Origin: Octopus sinensis
Taxonomy: Eukaryota
DNA length: 64,000 nucleotides
Direction of reading: 5' to 3'
NCBI RefSeq assembly: GCF_006345805.1
Contig: NC_042999.1
Span: 118,048,001 to 118,112,000 of the forward strand
The first letter of the stretch is position 1; every line of letters begins with the position of its first letter. The notes beneath the pieces were generated by a model. That model did not search any database. It was not told the DNA's origin and saw only the letters and a program-made list of their open reading frames with translations. This document shows, in pieces, positions 26,928-40,590 of the stretch. Made by a program: the position numbers and the translations under genes.

Positions 26928-27165
26928 GAAGGTGTGTGGCTTAGTAGCTAGAAGTGCTGAATTTATGATCGTAAGGTTGTGATTTCGACCCCTGGACCGG
27001 GAATTCCTGGCGCGTTGTTTTTGGGCAAAATACTTCATTTCACGTTGCTCCAGTCCACTCAGCTGGCGAAAATGAATAATCCTACAAGCGTCCCGTCCAG
27101 GTTGATAACACAATGGAAACCAGGAAAGCGGCCCCTATGAGTCGGCATGACTCGAGAAAAGTTTT
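26928..27165 (+). mobile_element. tRNA-derived SINE
   Basis: GTGGCTTAGTAG...GATTTCGACCCC head, followed by CACGTTGCTCCAGTCCACTCAGCTGGC. Related copies at 30510, 36860, 42480, 55515 and 61458. Confidence 0.8.
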
Positions 27166-28156
27166 GTTTTTAGAGGTTATATGCGTAAATGGTTTTGATA
27201 GATTTAACTAGTATTCCAGAGAATTCTTTTGCAAATAAGAAAAATACTACATTTCATCGTATTTGGAGGGATAATCCGAGCCTTTACAATGCGGTCGACA
27301 AAGGTGAGGAAACTTTGAGAAGAGAATAATGACAGTTCAAATGTGAGTAAAGTAAGGAGGATTAAAGTCGAGATTGAAGTTTCACTTAGTTGCATTAAAA
27401 TAAACAGTGAGTGAAATGTGAGAACTATAAATATCAATAGCGAAGATAGAAATAAATTCGAAAGGTGAATGAAAACAGTTGACGAAAGAAATAAATCCAA
27501 TAGGTTCAACTCTAGAGAGCGCAGAGCGCCAAAGCTCTCTTGCCGTAATGACAATAGAATTACTTGCGTTTAATATACTGTGTCTGTATCAAATAACTTG
27601 TATATATTTGTTTACAAAAACATATATAGATGGTATGTATGTGCAGTGATATAGCTATTTTAATTTGAAGCAGTTTCATTTGCATACACCAATTTATATA
27701 AATCCCGGCAAGATTCCAGCAATATCAATGACTATATTATTCAGTTATATAATCGGAGGGGACAAATTTCGTCTAAGCATATTGTGACCAGGTACATGTC
27801 ACTGACAAGGCTCAAGAAAACCGAAATGCGAGTGACGTCCTCATGAGTTATAGCTAAGACGATTTACTTCGCTTAGTTATATGTTGTGTTTTTAGCAAAC
27901 ATATCTATGATGAGATTTTATTTTAGCCCAGAATGAATCACATCATCAGTCTTTCAATGGTAGGGGGTATGTATGTATGTATGTATGTATGTATGTATGT
28001 ATGTATGTATGTATGTATGTATTATGTGTGTATGTATGTATGTATGTATGTATGTATGTATGTATGTGTGTGTATGTTACCTCGTTGTTGGTAACATGAT
28101 CTTCCCATTTTACGTTGAGGATCTGTCGTATGTATGTATATATATGTATATATATG

Positions 28157-28266
<110 letters not shown>

Positions 28267-28897
28267 TCCATAATTTGGCACGCACAGCCATATACTATCC
28301 TTTCCAGAAGATGCAGACTCTGCTCCTAGGAATACTTGTCTATTTTGTGGACCAATGAGAAGGTCTTTAATAGAATTTATTAAAAACTCTCAAAATGCTT
28401 ACATATTTATAAATGCACTTTCGCACAATGCAGTGCTAACGAATTTGAGTAATCGTTAACCAAATTAATAATCATAATTTACTTTAAGGTATAGATGAAT
28501 TAAATTTAACTCTAGCCACCTCATTATTATAAACATTAAGTATTTATTTAATTCGCTGTGTGAGCGTATGAACGCCAAATCATGCATGTGTGTATGCTTA
28601 TATCCTCGTGGATGTTTGTACGAGCGAGTGTACGTGCGACATACAACCTATGTGAGAGCGTTTCTACACCCATATCTGTTAACGGTTATATTTAATACTA
28701 TTTTCGTTGTATTGTGTATTCGTTTCTTTTTCCATCTGTTATCTATAATTGATCTTCTATAAAAATGAAATTGTATCCCTTAATTTGATGCTTTTCTATA
28801 GACAAACCGAACAAGAGTTATTTCAATGATATACATCTTATAATCACCAGAAGAGACAAATCTACCCCGACTGATACTCCTAAACCAGTTGAGTATC

Positions 28898-28944
28898 TCA
28901 CCCGCGAGGGATCGATGCTAGATGGGTCGAAACAATTGTAGTGA
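28898..28944 (+). ncRNA. Relic hammerhead motif in a PLE-type terminal repeat
   Basis: Helix I TCAC/GTGA and GAAA-CAATTG-TA (palindromic helix III) are intact. The 5' core is degenerate (CCGCGAG rather than CTGANGA), so it is probably inactive. Confidence 0.55.
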
Positions 28945-29133
28945 CTAATAAACATTCTCGTATCTTCCATCTTCCTTCTCTCTCATTAATCAAATACATA
29001 CATACATATGTACGTATGTATGTATATGTGTGTATGTGTATCTGTTTGAGTGTGTGTGTGTGTGTGTTGTGTGTGTGTGTGTGTGTGTGTGGTGCACTGC
29101 TGGCTATTTTAATTTAGTGTTGTTTCAACCGCA

Positions 29134-29202
29134 TTCAGTTGCGCAATGACGTTAATTAAATCAAGGCAGATTGGATTCAATTAACGTCATTGCACGACTG
29201 GA
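29134..29202. other. About 29 bp stem, 11 nt loop hairpin (pre-miRNA-like geometry)
   Basis: TTCAGTTGCGCAATGACGTTAATTAAATC pairs with GATTCAATTAACGTCATTGCACGACTGGA, with few mismatches or G-U pairs. Confidence 0.55.
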
Positions 29203-29692
29203 ACGTAATTGATCGACCTCTGTACGAAAAAAGAAAACAACAACAAAAGAAAAAAAAGAAAACTAAGCAAAACAAAACCAAGAGTTCACCTTGATTATAC
29301 TGATTTAAACTCAGCAACGTAAGGCAGTGAGATGAAAATGTGTAGTATCAGGTCCTTCATATATATTGTCACATTTCAACATACTACTAAGAATGTGAGC
29401 TGTAAATAAAAACAAAACAAGTAAAAGCGGAAGAAAAAATGTAAACAAGACAATAACATCAGCAGTAGAGATCTAATGGAATAATATAATATCAAAGAAC
29501 CAACTTAACAGCTTTTATTTGAAAATCTACAAGAAACAGCTAATCGAAGAAAACACACAACTGGAAATGTAAACGAAACCAATTAGATACGTGTCAAAGA
29601 ATTAATAAGCATTTGCTACAACAATGGAGACACACAACACACACAACACACACAACACACACATATATATATATATATATGTATGTATATAT

Positions 29693-29786
<94 letters not shown>

Positions 29787-30329
29787 ATATACACACATAC
29801 ATACCACTTATATATAGAGATTTACCACCCTCATTGCAAACAAACGTGTTGTATTTTACTTCTTTCAATGGCCGCAATGGTATGCGGACTAATTAACCTT
29901 CTTAATTATTGAATATCGGAAGTACAATGAAAGTGATAGGATAGAAAGTAAGATCTGTAGCTGAATATTAATTAAAGCAAAAATATATTACAATGAGCGC
30001 TCTGTTGTTTGGAAGCAATTAGTCAATATTTCTGTAATAGCTAAGTATCATTTTGTCGTGAGAGATTTATCTACTCAACCCCGCCCACTAAAAAATTAGG
30101 TATATTACACCTTTGCTGTGATTTACAATAATAATAAACATATGTAAATAACATTATCTCCATGCAACTATAAATGTTTGCATTAGATGAATTGAGAGAG
30201 AAGTATTAAGTAAATATCATAAACTAAATTTAATAGGATGATTGTGTGTGTTTGTTTGCGTAATTGATTTCGCACATATACACACTCACATAGACATACA
30301 TTAGTTTCAAGTTTTGGTAGAAAGACAGC

Positions 30330-30785
30330 AGATTTGAGTTAGGGTCTAAGTCGATTAAATCGACCCCAGTGTTCAGCTGGTACCTATTTTATCGACCCCG
30401 AAAGGGTGAAAGGCAAAGCCGATGCTGGCGGAAATTCAACTCAGAAAGTGAAGAAGAACGAAATGCCTCTAAGCACTTCGTCCGGCGTGCTAAAGATTCT
30501 GCCATCTCGCCATTTTGTTCACATAACTGATACTCCGTCGGTTACGCTGACGAGAGCCCCAGTTGATCCGATCAGCGGAACAGCCTGCTCGTGAAATTAA
30601 AGTGTAAGTGGCTGAGCACTCCGTAGACACGTGCACCCATAACATAGGTTTCATTTTTGCCAGCTGAATGGACTGGAGCAACGTGAAATAAAGTGTGTTG
30701 CTCAAGGACATGACGTGTCGCCGAGAATTGAACTCACATCCATACGCTTGTGTGCCGAATACCCTAACCACTAAACCATGCGTCT
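30330..30785 (-). mobile_element. Two adjacent SINEs of different families
   Basis: 30330-30500 contains GTCGATTAAATCGACCCCAG...CGACCCCGAAAGG; 30510-30785 has a tRNA-like head on the minus strand. Confidence 0.8.
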
Positions 30786-31939
30786 ACACATGTGCATATA
30801 TTAATATGCGTACACACATGATTCTTAAAGATATTCTTTTATTTATGTGTGTGTGTGTGTGTGTGTATGCACAAATATAAGTCTGAGTGTGAATGTGTGT
30901 ATGCCTATATGTATGCAGACATACACATATATATATATATATACATAAATATGTGTATGTATGTTTGTATAATTTGTATACAAAGAGAATGAACATTAAT
31001 GCATTTGTAAGGAAAAAAATATTGCGGGTATTGGAACCCCACAATGACTGGATAAGAAATAGTTAAATATTGTTCATGAACAATAATGATGACGAACTAC
31101 TTCGTACATTTAGCTCCAGATTAAGAATGATATTCATTTTTTCCCCAGTCGTTGCCATAGTGTAGGTGTAGCGCTACCTTGTCGCGTCATTTACTTTTTT
31201 ACTATCTAGTTGCGTAGCTTTTTAATCCTATCTTATATTTTACATTAAACATTAAATACTTTTCCACACAGAGAAATATAGATTAAAACAAACCAGCTGT
31301 CCTCCTACTAGAATGGAAACGAGCAAATGGATAGACCCTAAGTATGAATGATAGGATAAGAAAAATATCATATAGGTCTGCATACTGCATCTGTTGCTCG
31401 CAAAGGAGTATGAATTGATAGAATGTACTATGTTTTCGCGAATTATTTTGGGTGCTTATGTTGTGACAAGCAGACACAAATAACTTAAGAAACACGTTAT
31501 CCTTTACAAATATTGCGTTTATAAAATACCTAATGAAGAAACCGTGTACATTCAGAAGAATTCCAGTCACCTTCCAAATCAGCCATAATTATAATCTATA
31601 GTAACTAATTATTATAATTACTATCAGTAGAATTTCGAATTCATTTAAGTTTAAGTCAGAACCGTATTCATTTACAATGAGTTGTACACGAGAAGTAGAT
31701 TTGGTGAGAAATGAGTCAACACGAAAGATCTTCCTAATCACGCCCTCGAAGAGAATTATTAAGTGAAAATTTAGTTTGGTTTAAACCTCTGTTCAACCGA
31801 GAAGTCTCTACGAGCATACACAGTAGGTTTTATCTCTAATCTAGCAACACTTTATAATCACACACACACACATAATACTACGAGCATTGAAGTGGCAGTT
31901 TTCCTTCCAGCAATACAGGCTATAAGATAAGAAGCATTC

Positions 31940-32450
31940 ACGAACGTGAGCTTCACCTTGTGCAACCTATTTATACTGCAGTTACCAAGCGGATGATAGC
32001 TAATGACTTCAAGAAAAGGCCCATTGCATACATGCACTTCTCAGGCCCAGAGACAGAGAATTTCATATTCTTTTTATATAGAGACTTCAGAACTAAGAAA
32101 ATGACCAACGTTGCTGCCGAAATTTCTACTTGCTTATCCATAGTGCATGAATGCATCTTTGTCCCCATGAGAAACTGTACATAATGCAACTGTGTGTTAT
32201 ATTCCTTGACAAGAAAACTGGACTCCTCTACCACTACCACCAGCGGACCTCACTTTTAACCAACATTAAATGATTTGTTGTAAACAGTGTTCCATAAATT
32301 TCATTGATCGCTTTCTATTGTGTTAAAATTTCTGGCGAAAGCAAAGAAAAATACAGGTTATTTGGTATTGCACTAGAAATCTCTGCTGTTCGACAGCTGC
32401 TCAATAGTCGCAGGAGCATTCAGCAGAAGTTAAATTACCGGCTCGATCTC
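31940..32450 (-). mobile_element. Possible decayed hAT (Buster/Charlie-like) transposase
   Basis: Minus strand reads HLMLVKSEVRW (cf. HxxLLxxxEVRW), followed by TLVIFLVLKSLYKKNMKFSVSG...FLKSL (weakly similar to YLxDIFxxLNxLNxxLQG...FxxKL). Confidence 0.35.
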
Positions 32451-32703
32451 GTGACACAAACTTCCCAATAATAACTAAGCTTTCTTATCGACCAATGAAA
32501 ATTAACTTTATTGAAAAGCCGAACTTCTCTCACTATTCATTATTATAGCATCCGAATGATAAGACATATTCTGCAACTTTTAGAAATGCAGATTCAAGTC
32601 ACAATGTTAACATTCATACACACCAGCAAATATACACAATACAAATATATATACTTTATTAATAATATATATACTTTATTAATAAAGCTGCAAAAACATT
32701 ACA

Positions 32704-32747
32704 AAAACTGTTACTCAGTTTCACGTTCCCGTTCATCGGACAGTTTT
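32704..32747 (-). ncRNA. Type I hammerhead motif with a mutated core (same family as 63830)
   Basis: Minus strand: AAAACTGT-CCGATGA-ACG ggaa CGT-GAAA-CTGAG-TA-ACAGTTTT. Helix I is 8 bp; the core has C in place of the conserved U. Flanks AGAATGGAAC and AATAAAGTATA are shared with the 63635-63904 element. Confidence 0.75.
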
Positions 32748-33420
32748 GGTTGAGAATGGAACAAAAATAAAATAATAAGTATAAATATAGGATTACATTG
32801 ATAGATACACATTCTAAATTGGTTTTGTTTCATTGAACCTTTTATAACTATACGGACTTTCAATAGTCGTTGGTATGAAATTAAAATTAAGATTTCAAAT
32901 CATTATTTAAAATCGAAGAAAACCTTAAATCAAAAATTAACTGTAGTAGAAGGAAAACATCCTGTATACCCAGAGTAAATTAAGTAATGATAAAATAAAT
33001 CTAAGTTAATTAAGAAGATATATTCCGGTTAAAATATAAACATTCACTAACAAATAACTAACATCGTAAAAATACATATACATTTACTTATACATACACA
33101 TACCAAAACAACTATACATACATACATATACTAAACATGCAAGCGTTGGTACACGCCTACGTACACATACAAAGACAGGCAAATATATATTTATCTACGT
33201 ATACACACACATGTATACACCCACACACACGCGCGCGCGCGCGCATAATGCGTTTCCATGCGTATTTCTAAATGTACAACTTAGTTGTTGCAAGCTAGAA
33301 AAAGAGAAAAGGAAAGAAAACAATAAATGGTGGGAGAAAGAAAAAGAAGAAAAAGAAGTGGTGGAAGAGAGAAAAAAAGAAAGAGAAAGAGAAATATATA
33401 TATGTATATATATATATTTG

Positions 33421-33506
<86 letters not shown>

Positions 33507-33512
33507 ATATAT

Positions 33513-33554
<42 letters not shown>

Positions 33555-34450
33555 TATATATATTATATATATATATATACAGAGAGAGAGAGAGAAATGA
33601 TTTGGAAGTTGGCGTTTGCAAGAAGTGTCTAACAAATGTTAGATACTTCTGTAAGCTTACAAACGCACACGTAAAAGTGTACACATATAAAACAGATATG
33701 CATATCTACATAAATATATACATATATATACAATAGTAACACACATGTAGACACACATACAAATATACAAATAAACACATAATGTAAATATACATATCCA
33801 CATAAATATATTCATATCAAGATACATATATACCCCATAACGTATATACGCATATAGATATATTAAAAACTGGCTGGTGCATTGAATATTAAAATGAGAA
33901 AATTGTACCAGCATTGTAATACTAAAAGATGTCTATATTTTTGGTGTAAAAGCCAAATTAAAATGCGAAAGTCAGAAGAATTCACCATGTTAATCAGGTC
34001 AGTTAAAGCTACCCTACTACTAAAATGTAAACATTTTTGAACTTATAATATTCTGTGTATACATATACAGATACAATACCAATATTCCACAGAACTTTTT
34101 AATAATTCCTTCTGGAAACTATATTTAACATTTTCTTGAGAATGTATATTGATGTTGGAATCTTTTGTGCCCAATATTTTCATGAACTTGTTAAACTTTT
34201 TTATATTTTCCCAAGATTTCCCCTTGTAAACTGTTAACATGTTCTTGTTATCAAAGACCGTATATATGTATTGTAGTATTTTGTGACAACCAGTACCTAA
34301 CACAACCAAGCTTTTACATGTTACTTTTGACAATCTTTTTCTAAAAAAGTGAAACCGGTAAAGTAAATAAACATCTTTTAAAATTGACTTTTCAAACCTT
34401 CTTTCATATATAATTCCATTCGTGCGGTACCTTACAACTCCACTTTGTTA

Positions 34451-34509
<59 letters not shown>

Positions 34510-34550
34510 CAATAAATGGTGGGGTTGTGTTGACCGCACGTGGAGAAATG

Positions 34551-34868
34551 ATAGGCAAGGAAAAATTATAAAAAGGCAGAATGCTAAATTGAAGGTAAAT
34601 TTTAATGAAAATGGGTGTATGGAGAATTTTTAAAAATTGCAAAAAACAATGTAATTTTCTTTTTTTCCCCTCCTCAATTATAAAAAAAATTTCTTTTCAC
34701 CTTACAATTCTTGAAAAGTCGTATTGCGACGAAAATCGGTTAGAATTAATATTTAAAAAAAAAAATCTTTTTATATTTTCCATACACCTATTTTCATTAA
34801 AATTTATATACATTAAAATTATATATGTATTAAAATTTAGCATTCTGCCTTTTTATAATTTTCCCTTG

Positions 34869-34873
<5 letters not shown>
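34551..34873. repeat. Two-block inverted repeat ending at a (TA)n tract
   Basis: 34551-34590 pairs with 34834-34873 (1 mismatch); 34597-34627 pairs with 34775-34805 (2 mismatches). Confidence 0.88.
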
Positions 34874-34908
<35 letters not shown>

Positions 34909-34910
<2 letters not shown>

Positions 34911-34995
34911 GTGACGGAAGAAATGGAGCCGAACGAAGATTTTACAAAATTCCTTTTTTGTAAAATCTTCGTTCAGCTCCATTTCTTCCCTCACT
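34909..34995. repeat. 41 bp arm hairpin with 6 nt loop
   Basis: TAGTGACGGAAG...TTTACAAAA / TTTTGTAAA...CTTCCCTCACTA, 2 mismatches. Confidence 0.9.
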
Positions 34996-35214
34996 AAATA
35001 TATAAAACTTCAATTATCCGCACTAAGGCACGGTTGCGATACCCCATGGTCGTAACCTCAGCCGTGATTTTTCTGTTGTGATTTTTGCTACCCAGGTATC
35101 GGTTATAATTTGAATAATCCGTAACAAGATAATTCATTTATCCATTTCAATATATATATATATATATATGTATGTATATATAGACGTGTATATATATATA
35201 TATATGTATATATA

Positions 35215-35273
<59 letters not shown>

Positions 35274-36710
35274 CACATACATACATACATATATACATAT
35301 ATATACACACACACGCACACATATACAATTGGGGATAAATAAGTGGGTGGATAGATAAATGCTCTTGTAATGGTGGTAGAAAAATGAAAGAGAGGAAACC
35401 ACGTGTCTGTGATCTGGCGATATAGTGATGCTGAGCGAAGTTTGTAACTCTGACGAATGACCCTGCAATTTAGGATATTTGTGGATATACATTGAACGCC
35501 ATATCAATTTCCTAGGATCTCGTTAACGGAATATGGTTCAAATATTTTTGGGTTGTATGTCATATATCGTAATGCTCTATAAGACACCATTACTATTGAT
35601 TTGGATTGATGAATGCAATGCTTTGGGTTGCGGAACATAACATGCGACAATTGTTGTTACATAGAAAGCATCATTGGTAATACAACCTGTTGGCATAACT
35701 TATTAAATGCCCATCGATACAAATGCCATGGACATAATAGTGTCATAGAATAATTCTGTTTCCTTAGTATATTATATTACATAACATGCTTGATTTACTT
35801 TCAGATATCAGCTTTGTACACATTTGGCATGTTGCTTTTTATCAATTTAACTGGATTCCTTCCAATGATATGTAATTTTCGAAGCAGTCTTATCTTATTG
35901 CTCACTTTGTTTGCTGTTGTATAGTCTACTGATACTTTTTTGTTTACCAAATTTCTTTGATTTCGTTTATTCTTTCTACTCGGTTCCAGAATTACTACAC
36001 CTTATCTTCTTCAAATGTTGCTACCAACTTTTATTGACTGATACTTTTCTCTCGTCTTGATTATTCTGAGACAATTCCAGCTTTATGGTATTATATTCAG
36101 GATGGTAGAGTATTTCGTTCATTTATCTGATATACGGCTTGCTGCTTTATATTTTGCATTATTCTGTCGATAGAGTATAATGAGTTAATATCAAGAGAAA
36201 TATGATATTAAACGAACATTAATGTCAAAATAATCTTTCTTTGTGAAAAACATTTTAACTGTCCGATTCAAAGTCTTTGTTAAATGTTTATCATCTCATT
36301 CACTTATGGTGGAAATACCGAAAGCTTAGAAGTAAAATATTGATTTTAGAAAATACCATTTGGTACAAAGAAAAGAAAATGATCTAGTGAAGCAGAAGTT
36401 TGGGAAAAATTGAAAGGAACAAAATTTCGCAAATCGTTAACATTTCGGAAAGTAACAAGCTCTATATTATACCGAAACAGAAATGGGTTTAGTGAAACGA
36501 TCATGCTTTCTCTCGAGTACATTAGCGTTGCGAAAGAAAGGAAATAATTCCAAATGAAAATTCAAAGCGAACCATGATTTCAGATTTATAGCAAAGTAAG
36601 TGTTGCTTTACCGTCGATAATTTAAATACCTTGTTTAAACACGTGGTAATTGGCCAGGAAATTTTATCGAAGGAATATAGTTTACTGAATCACTTGACAT
36701 ACATAACTGG

Positions 36711-36747
<37 letters not shown>

Positions 36748-36859
36748 ATATATATATATATATACATATATACACACACACTTAAATACATACATACATC
36801 CATACGTACGTACTTATGTACATATGCATGTATGTATGTATGTATGTATTATGTATGTG

Positions 36860-37410
36860 AGGCTTAGTGGTTAGGGTGGTGCGTTAGGTTGTGTTCTTGA
36901 ACAAAGCATTTCATCTCACGTTGCTCTGCAATAAATTCGACACTTGACGCATGGTACACAATGCACCCGTTCAAACAACGTCGAGTTGATTGAGAGAGTT
37001 AGCTAATGTGCGGCATGAACATTTAATCATTATAAACAAATCAGTTGTGCAGGTCGTCGGCAAAAAAGCTGAAGACAGCATTCGTTGGATTTAGGGTTAT
37101 AACGGAACTGGGCCTAACCAAATTCAAGAGACATTTATCTGGGTGCTTTGCTTTTTCTTTACTCTGTTATTACTTTTCTTCCCGTAATTGTTGAAATCAA
37201 AATAGAGCGAATTGACCGAATCGTTAGAACATCGGCCAAAATGCTGTGGGCTTTCTTTTGGCACTCTACGTTCCCTGTTGAAATCCCACCGAGATCAACT
37301 TTCCTCTTCATTCTCTCAGACTCGATAAAATACGGTATCAGTAAAGCAAAGGGGTTGATGATATCGACAAATTCCCTACCCCCAAAATTACAGGTTTTGT
37401 ACGAAAGTGA
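36860..37410 (+). mobile_element. Two SINEs
   Basis: GGCTTAGTGGTTAGGG head at about 36861, and a second family (GAATCGTTAG...) at about 37200. These account for the ORFs at 37148-37453. Confidence 0.7.
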
Positions 37411-37876
37411 AAAACAATTATTTCCCAAATCATATCAAACAGAATTGGTTTAGCAATCTTGCATTGTTGTTTATGAAACTGGAAACAATTTTGAAATGTT
37501 GAAAACAGGGACACATTCACAACCAGAGAAAAGAGAGTAAAACAGAAAGAATGAGAGAAAGGGAGAACGATGAGAATGAAGGAGATGATATCGAGTGGCG
37601 TTCAAACTTTACCTCAAGACATTAGTGGTAGCGTAAATAGATAATGATGGAATGGTAACAACACTTTACAGAGAATAAAAGACTATTAAGTGAAAATATA
37701 GTCTTAAAGTGGTATAAACATAAAATAACAAAAAATCGGTATATGTTTATATATGTATGTATGCATGCATGTATGTATGTATGTATGTATATGTATGTAT
37801 GTATATGTATATATATATATACATATATATATACATACATATATATATATATATACATACACACACATATATATAT

Positions 37877-37993
<117 letters not shown>

Positions 37994-38260
37994 CGCATTT
38001 GTCTGAGTGCACACGCGCGCGTGTGTATGAGGAAGATTTGAAAATAAAACATTTATGGAATGTAGAAAGTTGGATTTTAGATAAAAGTACAAAATAAATA
38101 TCGAAAATATTTTCAGTTATAACCAATAATTTTCATGAAGGCGAAAACATTTGTTCAAGATGAAACAATATTTTTCCATATAAGCTAACATCGTATATTT
38201 ATTTGAAATATCAAACGATACTCAGACTTGACTTCCCCGGGAGAAGATGTACTTAAATGC

Positions 38261-38291
<31 letters not shown>

Positions 38292-39133
38292 CATACATAC
38301 ATACATACATGCATACATACATATGTGTGCGTGTGTGTGTAAATATGTTTGTATGTATTTAATATATGTGTTTTTACATACATATATATTTTGTTTCTAT
38401 ACCCAATCTTATGTGTGAGTGTGTACGGCCATGTGTGTGTATATATTCTTTCTATTCTTTTACTTTTCTCAGTCATTAAGCTACACCATGCAGGGACACC
38501 ACTTTGAAGGCTTCGGTCTATCAAATCGACCTCCTGTACTCTTGTACCGTTACTTATTCTATCATCCATTTTGCTAAGCTCAAAGAGCTTGTAAACAAGC
38601 CGGTATTGGTAGTTACGTGCTGATAGAAATCACAGACATAAAGACAGACAAAACTTATACGCTCATGTACATGCACACATACACAAGTACACATACACAC
38701 ACACACACCGTAAATGCCATCTTTTCTGGACAACAAAATTGGAAATACGCTCAAACTAACGTCAAGAGACAAAGCTTCGGAAAAATATTACTTCACAACA
38801 GAGATGATAACATGCAGAGGTGAAGAGCTGTGGAAGATCCTCGTTCAAAGCTTCAATCGCTATCTGAAGGAGGGTAAAATACTCTAACTGTGGAAAGAGT
38901 TAAATACCATCTTGCTTCCGTTGTTGATAATGTTACTTTTTCTGGAAGCAGAGATGATTTTAAATCAAGATTTTATGATATATGGTATTTAATGTGTCTG
39001 TATTTGTCTCTGTGGCTCAAACATCTGCCACTAGCCCCTTTCAGATGTTTCTCTTAGCTCATTTTCTTTTATATATATACATATACACACACGCATACAT
39101 ATTTCGAAGAGCAAGCAAGAGATATAGAACTTA

Positions 39134-39171
<38 letters not shown>

Positions 39172-40221
39172 GAGTATGTATGTATATATGTATATATATA
39201 GTGCGATAGATAGATAGACAGATAGACAGACAGACAGACAGATAGATAGATAAAGCAAATGAGTTACAAGGATGTCCAGGTATTAGTGCATTGCGGCCGT
39301 TTCAAGCAGCTCCATTTAATCGATCAATGCAGACATTACATCAATTTTAAAATAAACCGCTCTCCTTGATTCATACGACCATATTGATTTTCAACATACA
39401 GGATACTCCATTATAATTTTTTAGCAAATTTTTCGTCAGTACTAGAGATTAAAATAATTAGATTTTTTTTCTTTGCTGTTATTGTGGCAAAATGAATTTA
39501 GGGGAAAAATACCTAAAGCCTATTACAATTTAGAGCGACATTTTTACTTTCAAATCATTTGAAAGTTACAATGAGCTACTCAAAGCCAAAGAGTTTCCTG
39601 TATGACATTTGCCACATAAGTAAGTCTGCATAGATGTTATATAACGGCCAGATGTAAACAAACAATGAAAATTGGCAGAAAGCTTGGAGGATAATTTTTC
39701 AGGAGCTTTCTTTGTTAGCTACTGACAGTTTTCGTTCGATACCATATTATATTGTTCACAGTCACAGTTTACATATTTTTACATAGTTAGTATCAATCAG
39801 TATTGATTTCTAACATAAAATGATAGACATTTCTATCGAATATCATCACGTGATAATTTTGCAGAATTATATCTAGCGAATCTTCGTTTGAAATTTTTTC
39901 CATCTGTCACGCAATTACATCAAGAAATACTTGCATACCGAATTTTCACTTAGCCCCGACAATCTCATTGTGATTGTGTGCATGCATGTTTTAATACAGC
40001 ATATGTTTTGAAATATCTGATGTCTTTTTATAATGGACGAATATGTGTTGATGAGATTCTTCTGTAATAATGAGCTGGTCTTGCGTCATTTTGGAAATCC
40101 CCTATTGACTCCTGGTAAGAATGATGAAGTCTATGCATCGCTAATACCAGAAGATATTTTCTATTCTTAAAAAAATCTAATACCACAGTAGTCTCCAATT
40201 ACTATTTTCCCGCTCATAATA

Positions 40222-40590
40222 TTTTCTCTAGTTAATATTTTGATGAACTGACAGAAACGTTAGGGCGCCGAACAAAATTCTTAGCGGCATTTCATCCGTT
40301 CTGAGTTCAAATTCCGACTTTGATCTCCATCATTTTGGGGTTGCTAAAATAAACACCAGGTGGTAATCGACTTATCCTCTCTTCCGAACTTGCTAGCCTT
40401 GTGCCAAAATTTGAAACCAATATTTTAGTGAGCTGGCAGAATCATTAGCATGCCGGACCAAATGCTTAGCGGCATTTCGACCCTCTCTACATTCTGAGTT
40501 CTAATTTCACCGAGGCTGACTTTGCATTTCATTCATTCATGTTCGATAAAATAAGTACCAGTTGAGTACTGGGGTCAATATAATCAACTT
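40222..40590 (+). mobile_element. Head-to-tail pair of SINEs of one family
   Basis: Two successive GA[A/G]CTG[A/G]CAGAA...TTAG...TTCTGAGTTC heads at about 40224 and 40430. Confidence 0.8.

Noticed and set aside
34909-34995. CACTA-element interpretation of the TAGTG...CACTA hairpin
   Set aside because: The termini are in the wrong (inside-out) orientation for a CACTA transposon.
37148-37453. 101 aa and 89 aa overlapping ORFs
   Set aside because: They lie within a SINE copy.
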